Made by a program: the position numbers and the translations under genes. A stretch of 52,394 bases of DNA from Nitrososphaeria archaeon (GTDB taxonomy: Archaea > Thermoproteota > Nitrososphaeria > Nitrososphaerales > JARVJX01): positions 1 to 52,394 of the forward strand of contig JARVJX010000002.1 of NCBI GenBank assembly GCA_029775995.1. Direction: 5' to 3'. The notes beneath the pieces are model-generated. The model saw only the letters and a program-made list of their open reading frames with translations, was not told the origin of the DNA and searched no databases. Shown here piece by piece: positions 28,621-38,198 of this stretch (positions within the stretch are counted from its first letter, which is position 1; the number at the start of each line of letters is the position of its first letter).

Positions 28621-30049
28621 CCTTTTACTAGTTTTCCCTTACTTTCTCTCCTACGATAGAACTCAAAGAAAGTTTAGAAGCCCTTTCCCACCTTTAGGAT
28701 TAATGTATGTGGCAAGCTCTTTAAGAGAGAAGGGATATTCAGTTAAAATACTGGATTGCACCTTTTTAAGAGATTTAGATGAAGCTAAAGAAAAGATCAA
28801 GAGGGAAAGCCCAAACCTAGTAGGAATCTATGGTATGATAACACTAACCAGGAGAGGATTAGAGTTGGCTAAATTTTCAAAGGCTTTGGGCTCAAAGGTT
28901 ATATATGGAGGACCAGATCCTTCTTTAAGATCTGAAAAATATCTTAAAACAGGCTTTGTAGATTACGTAGTGGTGGGGGAAGGGGAAGAAACGGCCTGTG
29001 AGCTCTTAGATTTCCTTATAAAGGGAAGGGTTAAAGTAGAGGAAATTAAAGGTATCCATTATATAAAGAATGGAGAAATTAAGAAGAACCTCCCTAGAAA
29101 CCCTATAAAGGATTTAGATTCCATACCCTTCCCCAGTAGAGATTTAATAGATAACGAGCTGTATAGAAAGGTTTGGTTAGAGGATCATGGCTATGCTATG
29201 AGTTCAATAATCACATCAAGAGGTTGTCCTTATGGTTGTTATTACTGCAGCAATCCCATAGCTCCCTTTGGTAGAAGATATTACTATAGAAGTGTTGAGA
29301 ATGTGGTTAAAGAGCTTGAGCAGATAGTTTTAGAATTAAGGTTTAATAGAATTTGGTTTGCCGATGATGTGTTTACCATATTAAAGGATAGAACCCTAAA
29401 ATTATGTGATGAAATAGTTAAGAGAAACCTAAAGTTTGAGTGGTCTTGCTTAACTAGAGCCGATAGGGTTGATGAAGAAACTTTAATAGCTATGAAGAGA
29501 GCAGGCTGCGAACTTATCTTCTTTGGTGTAGAATCAGGCTCTCAAAGAATTTTAGATTTGATGAATAGGAATATGAAGATAGAGCATATAAGAAGAGCTT
29601 TTAAACTTTGTAAAAAGGTTGGAATAAGAACCCATTCTTTTCTCATGATGGGCTTTCCTGGAGAAGATTACTACTCCATTATGCAAACGATTAGTTTTGT
29701 AAAAGAGTTGCTCCCTGATGAATTCAGCTTTACTATTGCTTATCCTTTACCAGGTACTAGGCTCTATAACATGGTGGATCTTATAGATAAAAGGGATGAA
29801 TGGGATGAAGTTAGCGAAAATTCCTTACTTTTTAAGAGCGATTTACCATCTTGGGCTATAAAATTTGCCCTTTGGAAGGCAAAATATGAAATTCTAGCCG
29901 CTAAAAAAGCTATGAAAAAAAGAGCATTTTCCTTTCTAGGTAAGGGATTTAAGATTTTGACAGACCCAATTTTAGGTTTATCTCTTCCAAAGAGAAGTAA
30001 TTGTAGGGTAGCTGATGCTTTAGTTCAAATTCAAAGATTCAAAGCTTAA
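28613..30049 (+). CDS. Cobalamin-binding radical SAM enzyme (class B methyltransferase-like)
   Basis: FPPLGLMYVA, GGP, VVVGEGE B12 domain; SRGCPYGCYYC CxxxCxxC; FADDVF; GVESGSQ. Confidence 0.93.
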   Translation: MVDLLLVFPYFLSYDRTQRKFRSPFPPLGLMYVASSLREKGYSVKILDCTFLRDLDEAKEKIKRESPNLVGIYGMITLTRRGLELAKFSKALGSKVIYGGPDPSLRSEKYLKTGFVDYVVVGEGEETACELLDFLIKGRVKVEEIKGIHYIKNGEIKKNLPRNPIKDLDSIPFPSRDLIDNELYRKVWLEDHGYAMSSIITSRGCPYGCYYCSNPIAPFGRRYYYRSVENVVKELEQIVLELRFNRIWFADDVFTILKDRTLKLCDEIVKRNLKFEWSCLTRADRVDEETLIAMKRAGCELIFFGVESGSQRILDLMNRNMKIEHIRRAFKLCKKVGIRTHSFLMMGFPGEDYYSIMQTISFVKELLPDEFSFTIAYPLPGTRLYNMVDLIDKRDEWDEVSENSLLFKSDLPSWAIKFALWKAKYEILAAKKAMKKRAFSFLGKGFKILTDPILGLSLPKRSNCRVADALVQIQRFKA

Positions 30050-30203
30050 AACTTCTTCATATTATTGGTGTAGATTCGCTAGAAAATCTTTACTTTTGGT
30101 TTTTAATTTAAGTGTTTACAAGAAGAAAATAAAATAAGTATTAAGTAATTTAAAGAAAGCTAAAATAAGTAGTAAAGGTTAAGAATAAAGAAAACAATCA
30201 AAG

Positions 30204-30689
30204 GTGGAGAAGATGATAAGAAATCCAAAATTTATAGATATAGTAAAGTTTACCCTTTACTTTCTTATAATGAGCCTCATAGCTACTGTTTTACACGAAT
30301 ATTTTCACCTTATTACGCTAAAGGTTTTAGGTGGAAAGGGAACCATAGATTTCAGCTTACAGCCTATAGTGTTTCCCTGGGATGCATCAACCACTAGAGT
30401 AGAAATAGCCCCAAAGGGCTTAGCAAACCTACTCCTATTTCATCTATCAGGGAGCTTAGCTACCACTATAATCTTAATAGTAATGTTGGTTTATGAGAAA
30501 GATTTTATTAAGAGCTTAGCGTTGAAATTTGTTTTAGCTCCACAGCTTATGTGGAGTGTGACTGAACCTCTTTACGCTTTTGGATTGCTCCCCCTTCTTA
30601 TTGATGTGAATATAACCTATCATATGCTTCTCTTTTCCTCCTGGTCCATACTCTCAGCTTTCCTTTTAGTAAGGTATAAATTTAGGTAA
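30204..30689 (+). CDS. Membrane HExxH zincin/M50-like metallopeptidase
   Basis: TVLHEYFH in the first TM, followed by LGG and further TM helices. Confidence 0.6.
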   Translation: MEKMIRNPKFIDIVKFTLYFLIMSLIATVLHEYFHLITLKVLGGKGTIDFSLQPIVFPWDASTTRVEIAPKGLANLLLFHLSGSLATTIILIVMLVYEKDFIKSLALKFVLAPQLMWSVTEPLYAFGLLPLLIDVNITYHMLLFSSWSILSAFLLVRYKFR

Positions 30690-31315
30690 GAGGGTATTAG
30701 AATAGAAAAAAAGAGTATAGAAGAAAGGATACCGTAAAGAGAATAAAGAGGTAAAAGCCCTCCTTCCTGAAAATAAATAAAAGAATATCGAAGGTGCAGA
30801 AAGATAAGAGGTAAAGAGAGAAGTAAAAGGTGAGAAAAACCCTTAGGTTTATTAAATAGTTCTGCATCTTTTTTTAAGAAAAGTAAAAATAGAACCATAC
30901 CAAAAATTTCTAAAGCTATGGATATCTCGTTTAAATAAATTCTTAATCCATACTGATCTAAGCTTGAAGGAAAGTAAAGGGGTACTTCATTAGTTACAAA
31001 ATCTCCAAAGATTACATGCTGAAGAGTAGCAACGCAATAGGGAAAGGCTTTTATTCCCACGCTCAAGGAAATCAGAAGAAAAGCTACAGTTATGACCAAC
31101 CAGGAATGGGCCAAACCATGGTGACCCAAGAGCGTACCATAAGGCTCTCTTATAGCAAAAAATCTTTGAAGGACTATATGAGAAATTAGGTCAAAATCAG
31201 GTATAGCTCCACATAAAAGGAGTAAAAAAGGGTTAAAGTTTCTATCCTTAAAAAAATTAAGGGTAATCCTACCTAAGACATACCCCCAAAACATATGGGT
31301 GACAGTTAGCATCAC
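30620..31315 (-). CDS. YdjM-like membrane metal-dependent hydrolase
   Basis: TH, IPDFD, HHGLAHS, H...D motifs among TM segments. Confidence 0.8.
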   Translation of the reverse strand: MMLTVTHMFWGYVLGRITLNFFKDRNFNPFLLLLCGAIPDFDLISHIVLQRFFAIREPYGTLLGHHGLAHSWLVITVAFLLISLSVGIKAFPYCVATLQHVIFGDFVTNEVPLYFPSSLDQYGLRIYLNEISIALEIFGMVLFLLFLKKDAELFNKPKGFSHLLLLSLPLIFLHLRYSFIYFQEGGLLPLYSLYGILSSILFFSILIPSYLNLYLTKRKAESMDQEEKRSI

Positions 31316-32340
31316 CTAAACCTTTTTTGTATAACACCAAGAACTAAGAGAGAAAGGGTTAAAATTATTAGCAAGGCTAAGCCTGGAAACTCTGGTATAA
31401 CGGTTGTGCCTAAGATTCTAATAGACTGGGGTGAACCATCGGATATATATTGGATAGAAAGAGTAGCATGAGTTTGATTTCTATTTTCTGAAAAGGTTAT
31501 CTCCTTTCCAGCTATAGATGTTGAATATTGTCCATCTAACAAAAGTAAAGGTATGATGATTTCCATTTTTACTAAAGCAAATGCTGCTGAGCTAGAAGTA
31601 AAAGCTATCTCCTTTTTTTCAATACTGAATTTAAAGTCTTGTAGGGAAGAATTGGCAACTATTTTAACTGAAAATACTTTGTCATCTTCCCTATGAGCTA
31701 TAAAGTTTAAAATTTGAGGATTTACAGTTAACTCATAGGTATCACTCTGGCCTAAAAGGTTATTAGCTCTATCCAAGAGCTTTGCTCTAAGAAAATACTT
31801 TCCAGTAAAGGGAGGTGTCCAATTAACATAAGCTGAACCAGTAGCAAAACTTTCATCAGCTATGGTTTTCCAATTAGCTTTATCTCTACTATATTCAAGG
31901 GTAAATCTATCGCCCTTAGAACCTTCTACTTTTACATTTACTTTCTCTCCGTAAGAGTAAACATCCTTAGGAATGGTAAGGAAAAGTTTGGCAATAACTT
32001 TAAACTTTGTTTCAGCACTAACACCTTTGTAAGATGCTTTAACAGTATATTCTCCCAGTGGGCTTCCTTTAGATACAGTAGCTACGGTGGATGAGAAGGT
32101 TCCATCTACAGCTGGAGAAGCCTGGTCTATAGCCCAAATACTATTATCTGGGTCTAGGATTTGTATAGCTATGGCAAAACCTTCACTAACCTCAGATACT
32201 TTACCTTGAACCTTAACAGGCTCTCCAATGGTGTAAAATTCCTTATCGGTCTTAACCTCAATACTTAAAGCGTAGAGGGGCATTATAAGGGAGGAAACTA
32301 AAAATAGCATACTTACTAGAACCATTAATATCTTTTTCAT
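31312..32340 (-). CDS. Secreted Ig/MG2-like surface protein with a PEF-CTERM sorting signal
   Basis: N-terminal signal peptide; repeats KTDKEFYTIGEPV / IPKDVYSYGEKV; C-terminal VIPEFP + TM + basic tail KRFR. Confidence 0.8.
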   Translation of the reverse strand: MKKILMVLVSMLFLVSSLIMPLYALSIEVKTDKEFYTIGEPVKVQGKVSEVSEGFAIAIQILDPDNSIWAIDQASPAVDGTFSSTVATVSKGSPLGEYTVKASYKGVSAETKFKVIAKLFLTIPKDVYSYGEKVNVKVEGSKGDRFTLEYSRDKANWKTIADESFATGSAYVNWTPPFTGKYFLRAKLLDRANNLLGQSDTYELTVNPQILNFIAHREDDKVFSVKIVANSSLQDFKFSIEKKEIAFTSSSAAFALVKMEIIIPLLLLDGQYSTSIAGKEITFSENRNQTHATLSIQYISDGSPQSIRILGTTVIPEFPGLALLIILTLSLLVLGVIQKRFR

Positions 32341-32362
32341 CCTTCTTAACTTAGAAGATAGG

Positions 32363-33595
32363 CTAAATAAGCCTTTCTGATTTAGAAAAGCGCTTAGCAG
32401 AATTTTCTAAAGCTTCAAAGAGAGGCAACTTCTTACCTACAAGGTACATGATTAAGGCCCCCCCTGCCGTGCTGGTATGGTCTATCCATTCCCTTATACC
32501 AAACCTTTCTAAGGCTGCTACAAGATGCCCTCCGCTAACTATAGTGGTACCAAAGGAGGAAGCCATGGCCTTTAAAAGGGCTTCAGTACCTATCTGAAAA
32601 TTCTTATGTTCGAAAAGGCCTGGAGGTCCACTCATAAATATGGTTCCTGCACTTCTAATTATTTTTGAATATATTTCTATAGTTTTACTACCTATATCGC
32701 ATATCTTCTGCTCTCCTTCTAACTCTGAAACCTCTATTTCCTTTCTTTCATCATCTATACTTATAGCTACATCTTTAGGCATTAGAAAGGTATCAGGATA
32801 CTTGTTGAGCAAAATCTTTGCCCTTTCCACATACTTTTCCTCATTTTCTATCCCTAAGCTTTGCTTTATTTTGCCACTGGCTTTTAGAAATACGTTAGCT
32901 ATTAATCCTGTTAGCAAAACTTTATCAGCCCTCTTACTTTCAATTAGTGTATCTATAGCTTCTAACCTATCTGAAATTTTAGCCCCTCCTAATACTGTAA
33001 CGTAAGGACCTTTAGAAATGCTTAAAATTTTATTTAAGGCTTTAAGCTCTTTTACAACCAATCTTCCTCCAGAAGCTGGTAAAAGTTCAGGAAATCCTAC
33101 TATAGAGGGATGGGCTCTATGGGCTGTAGGAAAGGCATCTACCACAACCATATCAAAGAATTTGTAAAGTCTTTGAATAAGGATAGTTTTAACGGCATCT
33201 TCTGGCTTAAACTCATAATTTTCTTCAGCAACAAATCTCAAATTATCCAGCAAAAGAATTTGACCCTTAGATAAAGAAGAAATGGCATTTCTTGCAGCTG
33301 GACCAATCACATCTTCTATAAAAATCACATCCTTACCCAATAGCTTTGATAAAGCTTTAGAGTGCTCTTCTAAAGAAATGAAATCGTATCTTCCAACCCT
33401 TCCCTGATGAGAAGCTAAAACCACCTTTGAGTTAGATAAATCTTTTAGGGTTACGCAGGCTTCACTTATTCTGCTAAAATCAAGGAGTTTTCTTGAAAAA
33501 GGATCTACAGGTGTATTTAGATCGGCCCTAACAAATACAGTCTTATTTTCAGGCTCGAGATCTTCTATGGTTAAGATTCTTGAACTTGAACCCAC
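32363..33595 (-). CDS. pgk: Phosphoglycerate kinase
   Basis: VRADLNTP, SHQGR, DAF.TAHRAHPS, LGGAK, DIG.KT, GPPG.FE, GGH, STAGGA. Confidence 0.96.
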   Translation of the reverse strand: MGSSSRILTIEDLEPENKTVFVRADLNTPVDPFSRKLLDFSRISEACVTLKDLSNSKVVLASHQGRVGRYDFISLEEHSKALSKLLGKDVIFIEDVIGPAARNAISSLSKGQILLLDNLRFVAEENYEFKPEDAVKTILIQRLYKFFDMVVVDAFPTAHRAHPSIVGFPELLPASGGRLVVKELKALNKILSISKGPYVTVLGGAKISDRLEAIDTLIESKRADKVLLTGLIANVFLKASGKIKQSLGIENEEKYVERAKILLNKYPDTFLMPKDVAISIDDERKEIEVSELEGEQKICDIGSKTIEIYSKIIRSAGTIFMSGPPGLFEHKNFQIGTEALLKAMASSFGTTIVSGGHLVAALERFGIREWIDHTSTAGGALIMYLVGKKLPLFEALENSAKRFSKSERLI

Positions 33596-33958
33596 AATTT
33601 TTTATTCTTATTCCATATAAATAACCTTTACTAAATTGATTAGCTATTCAAAACTCAAAAGATAAGAATTAAGATAAGAATTAAAATTCCTAACGTAATA
33701 AAAATGAAAGTAATGAATAGATTAATAGAGAGCCTATCTCTTCTTCTACTTTACTATATTTAATATGCTAAAGTTGTAAGGAATGATGAGTGGGATAAAT
33801 TTAATAACCCCTTAAATTTCCTTACAATACTATAAGAATCCTTTTAGTATTCAACTTACCGAGAAGATAACCAAAACAATGATGAATTCATTTAGAATTT
33901 TCCATCTTCTTAAAAAACAGTGTTAGGAAAACAAGTTAAACAAATAGCGTGAAGAAAG

Positions 33959-34354
33959 TTAAAATTTTAAGGGTTTCTTCAAGAACCAAGCCTTGACTTC
34001 CTCCTTTAGGGAGGAGAAGATTCTAAAAGCTTTATCTATTAGGTTCCTGTTTACTTCCGCATAGACTTTAATGCTCCCTCCTTCAAACTTTATGGTTATA
34101 TTTCTAAAAGCGCTTTTATAAAGGGTGTATTTTTTACCATCTTTACTAAACATTATCCTTTCTACCGTTAGTAAACCTTTATCCTTTAATTCATTAACCA
34201 ATCTATAAGCGGAAGTATGTGGAATATTACACTCTTTTATCAAATCCATCACGCTTCTAGCTTTCCATATGGTTCTAGAGAGTATCTTGAGTGCCTGCTC
34301 ATCAGCAATAGCCCTCATTAAGGCCATCCTTAACCTTTCATCTTTAATGAGCAT
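33959..34354 (-). CDS. ArsR-like winged-helix transcription regulator
   Basis: AIADE...IL...SV.DL..EC.IP.TSAYR.V.EL...GLL...DGKK..LY.S pattern. Confidence 0.85.
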   Translation of the reverse strand: MLIKDERLRMALMRAIADEQALKILSRTIWKARSVMDLIKECNIPHTSAYRLVNELKDKGLLTVERIMFSKDGKKYTLYKSAFRNITIKFEGGSIKVYAEVNRNLIDKAFRIFSSLKEEVKAWFLKKPLKF

Positions 34355-34402
34355 CTTTATCCAATCCCAAATGTTTTATTACACCTTACATTTTTTCATT
34401 TT

Positions 34403-34436
34403 CTTATAAACTTATCGCTGAATTCCAAATTTGGAA
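34403..34436 (-). promoter_or_regulatory. TATA box plus perfect 14-bp palindrome upstream of the wHTH gene
   Basis: Minus-strand TTTATAAG at 34403-34410; TTCCAAATTTGGAA at 34423-34436. Confidence 0.45.
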
Positions 34437-35149
34437 CTAAATAAATTGTATGAGCTTAAAATAAAATATGCAAGCGGGTCTAACCATCCAATTTTGCGGC
34501 AAACCCTATGGCTAAATCTTCTTTTTTATAATAGTTTAGTCTGAGAAAAGATAAGGGGGCATATATCTACATATTTTTACTATATACACTCATATAAAGT
34601 AAAAAGCTGGCTAATTATACTTCTTTGGTAATATGGCTACCTTACTGAAGCCATATGGAAGAATATGTCCAAACTTATAGAATTCAAGGAGCAGATAAAT
34701 AAAAATACTTTTACTAAGATAAAAGATCTGGCTATTTCAGCTCTTAGGTAAAATCTGAGCTCTTTATGAAGGCTGTCTAATCTATTTTCAAGTTCAACTT
34801 GCTTAATCTAATCTATTCTTTTAGCTAAATTGATAAACCCTTGTGAGACTTATCTTTGCTTTTTTCTAAGAGTGCTTTTTACCCTTTCCTTTGCTTTTTA
34901 CGCTTAGACTAGCAATTTAGAAAATTTGCTAAATAAGGATACACTAGCAAATGAGGCTAAGGCAACCTTTAAAAATTAAGATGGAATTTTAAGAATTGTT
35001 TTTCCTAAATATAAGAGGTTAACTATAAAGCGGGATTGAAAGCCAATTAGAAAGAATAGATGCCCCTACAGTAATTTGGATTTTAAAAGGCTTAAAAATT
35101 GAAATTTACAAGTAAAATTTATATATAGTTATGCTATACTAAAAATGGC

Positions 35150-35764
35150 TTGAAAAAGGAGTTTATTCTTACAATTGCTACCATTCTTATAGTCTTTGGG
35201 ATAGCTGTGCTCCTTTTTTCTGGAATTTTAAATCCTAAGCCAAGCTATACACCGTCTATAGTTTTAGAGGGTAACAGTTTAGCACCAAATTTTATTCTAA
35301 CCAATCATAAAGGTGAAAAGTTTAATTTAGCTGATGTAAAGGATAAAGTGATTTTAATCTTCTTTGGTTATACTAACTGCCCAGATGTATGCCCCATAGT
35401 GATGAGCAAATACGTTGAGCTTACCAAGGTTCTTGGAGAGGATGCTAAGAAAGTGGCTCTGTTATTTATATCTACGGATCCTGAGAGGGATAGTCCCCAG
35501 GCTATTAAAGCCTTCATTGAGCGTTTTGACCAAAATCCAAGCCCCTCTATCATTGGATTAACTGGTTCCTTTGAAGAGCTATCTAAAGTTTGGAAAGCTT
35601 ATAACGTCCCAGTTGAAGTGGAGGAACATAAAGAAGGGGAAAATTACTTAGTGGGTCATTATGCTTTAATTTTTGTAGCCGATAAGAACCATGTTTTGAG
35701 GTTTGCCCTCACACCAGAAATGAGCCTAGAAGAATATATACAAACAGTAAGGCTTCTACTTTGA
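35150..35764 (+). CDS. SCO1/SenC copper chaperone
   Basis: N-terminal TM anchor, FFGYTNCPDVCP (CxxxC), DPERD, conserved His in YLVGH. Confidence 0.93.
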   Translation: MKKEFILTIATILIVFGIAVLLFSGILNPKPSYTPSIVLEGNSLAPNFILTNHKGEKFNLADVKDKVILIFFGYTNCPDVCPIVMSKYVELTKVLGEDAKKVALLFISTDPERDSPQAIKAFIERFDQNPSPSIIGLTGSFEELSKVWKAYNVPVEVEEHKEGENYLVGHYALIFVADKNHVLRFALTPEMSLEEYIQTVRLLL

Positions 35765-36312
35765 GCAATATAATACTGATCCCTAAAGGAAGGGGTAATA
35801 AAATTCTCCTAATTATTTCTGCCATAGGCTATTTAACTTACTATCTTTTCTTTACAGGCATAGTGCAAGTGGATATAATTACTGGTTACTCTATCTTAGG
35901 ACTATACCTTAAACTTGTATCCATATCTAGTGCTACCTATTCTGGTCCAGCTTTTCAAATCATTAATAGCTCTTCTGTTATAACTATTCGCTCCTTACCT
36001 TTTCTCCTTTCCCTTTTCCTTTCTATAGCCTTTGGATTAAATGTAACCCTAATGTGTGTTCTCTATAGGCTAAGGGGCTTTAAAGCTTGCCTTTATGCTG
36101 GTGGTGCTGGAGGAATAGGTACCATAATAGCTAACCTTGCTTCTTTCTCTTATCTTTGCTGTGGCTGGGCAGCTTCTTTAGCCCTCATAGGAAGCACATT
36201 TCTAGCTACCCTTAGTCCCTTAATCACTCTAGGTGCAGCAGCTTTACTCATGTTTAATGCCTTTCTTCTTGGGAAAAGATACTCCCTTATTACTGCTAAA
36301 AGTTTAATTTGA
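35761..36312 (+). CDS. Membrane protein with a CC motif, coupled to SCO
   Basis: About 4 TM, Cys residues in KAC and YLCCGW; 4-bp overlap with the SCO gene. Confidence 0.65.
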   Translation: MSNIILIPKGRGNKILLIISAIGYLTYYLFFTGIVQVDIITGYSILGLYLKLVSISSATYSGPAFQIINSSSVITIRSLPFLLSLFLSIAFGLNVTLMCVLYRLRGFKACLYAGGAGGIGTIIANLASFSYLCCGWAASLALIGSTFLATLSPLITLGAAALLMFNAFLLGKRYSLITAKSLI

Positions 36313-36413
36313 TAAATTTTTTACAGTCTATTAACTTACTCTTTTACTACACTTTTTAGCTTAAAATAGATTACTTTTAAAAATTTAAATGCGATTAAAG
36401 AGAAGGGTGAAAA

Positions 36414-37487
36414 ATGGTAAAAATTAGAACTGTGAGAGGAGATATAAGTCCAGAGGATCTTGGAGTAACTCTATCCCATGAGCACATCTTGATTAACCTA
36501 CAATTCTTATGTAATTTAATGATGCCTCAAGAGGCTTCCCTTAGAGCCCTTATGGACAAGCCTGTAACTATAGAAATGATATATCTTCTTAGGAGAGGGG
36601 TTAGAAAATTCAACTATGATGATGCCCTTCTTTCTGATATAGATTTGATGGTAAGGGAGCTTTTGGAGTATAAATCCTTTTCTGGAAGAAGCTTGGTAGA
36701 GCAAACCCTTCCAGGTATTGGTAGAGACCCTTTAGGGTTAAAGAGAATTTCAGAATTGACAGGGCTAAATATAATCTGCTCAACAGGCTGGTATATAGTA
36801 TCCTCTCACCCATCTTATGTAAAGAATAAGAGCTCTGAAGAGTTAGCAGATATTATGATAAAAGAGATAGAAGAAGGCATTGATGATATAGGGATTAAAG
36901 CTGGAGTAATAGGGGAATGTGGTTGCTCTTTTCCCATACCCTATCATCCTGAAGAGGAGAAGGTTTTAAGAGCTGCTTGTAAAGCTCAGAAAGCTACAGG
37001 AGTGGCCTTTAGCTGCCATCCAGCCTTTATAGATGTTGAGAGGAAAGTTTACAGAACCGATGCACCCTTAGCCTACATTAAGCTCATTGAGAAAGAGGGA
37101 GCAAACCTTGAGAAGTTCTTCTTAAGTCATAGTGATATTGTCTGCCCAACTTCTGATCATGCATCAAAGCTTTTGGAAAAGGGAATCAATTTGAGCTTTG
37201 ATACCTTTGGTCAGGATCATTATGATGATTATATCTTTATGGGGGCAAGGCATCCTACCGATCCTGAAAGGATTAGCAATATCGTAGAGCTTTGTAAAAG
37301 AGGCTATGAGAAAAATATTATGCTTTCTCAGGATGTTTGCTGGAAGCACCTGTTAAAGAGATATGGAGGACCAGGATACTCTCACCTTCTGGAGCATATT
37401 GTTCCCACTTTCAGATACTATGGAGTTAAAGAGAAGCAGATAAGAACCATGCTGATAGATAATCCGAAGAGAATTCTATCTTTCTGA
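36414..37487 (+). CDS. Phosphotriesterase-like (PTE/Php) amidohydrolase or lactonase
   Basis: IRTVRGDI....LG.TLSHEH, GRDP, STGWY, GVIGE, SCH, SH.D, SFD, LSQD, NP.RIL. Confidence 0.92.
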   Translation: MVKIRTVRGDISPEDLGVTLSHEHILINLQFLCNLMMPQEASLRALMDKPVTIEMIYLLRRGVRKFNYDDALLSDIDLMVRELLEYKSFSGRSLVEQTLPGIGRDPLGLKRISELTGLNIICSTGWYIVSSHPSYVKNKSSEELADIMIKEIEEGIDDIGIKAGVIGECGCSFPIPYHPEEEKVLRAACKAQKATGVAFSCHPAFIDVERKVYRTDAPLAYIKLIEKEGANLEKFFLSHSDIVCPTSDHASKLLEKGINLSFDTFGQDHYDDYIFMGARHPTDPERISNIVELCKRGYEKNIMLSQDVCWKHLLKRYGGPGYSHLLEHIVPTFRYYGVKEKQIRTMLIDNPKRILSF

Positions 37488-38198
37488 GAGGATTTAAATA
37501 CCTTATGCAGTAGAGTTAATAGGAACCTGCTCTTATCTATCGTCGTAGAATCTCTTGATATAACGCTAAAATTATACTTTATGAATTGTAACTTAATATA
37601 GGAGAGAAAATGGTTAAAAATTTACATCTAAGAACGAATTAAATGGTATCTTAAAAATTATAGTGTACACTTTTTCAGAGCTCTGCTTAGTGAAATTCAG
37701 ACCCTACCTGGATTATAACAGTAGAGAGATAGGATGATTTATAAAGGGACTAAAATGTCTAAATTAGGAGCCAACTTACAGAACCAATGAGGAAGATCTT
37801 TTTGGAAAAAATACCATGGTGTATTCTTTAAAAAGTTACTAATTAACTAAAATAGTTTTGCAAGGGCCCTTTACAAACTAAGAAATTAGAAAATTAAAGA
37901 TTAAAATACTAACAGATAAACCAGCTCTTATATAGATATTAGGTAGGTCAAAATTTCCTTTAACTCTAAAAACTATCTCAATAACAAAACTCTAAATAAC
38001 CAATAAAATGTTGCCAAAAATAAATCCACTAAAAACACATTTATACACACTTTTTTATATACCAATAGAGCCTTTAATCTTTCATTCAAATAAAAAGAGC
38101 AAAAATCAAAACCTTTCCCTTCAACAGTTAAAATCCATCTTTTGTACGGAGATTTGTTTCAGCAAAATATATAATAGGAGGAAATCAAACAAAGGGGT

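Noticed and set aside
33660-33684. 12-bp tandem duplication AGATAAGAATTA
   Set aside because: Only two copies in AT-rich DNA; not a CRISPR or iteron array. No repeat-spacer array was seen anywhere in the window.
34560-35100. Fragmentary reading frames in the long spacer
   Set aside because: May be gene debris, but no family could be recognised.
37735-37830. FIKGLKCLN* fragment resembling a zinc-ribbon N-terminus (threonine-synthase-like)
   Set aside because: Too short and degenerate to assign.
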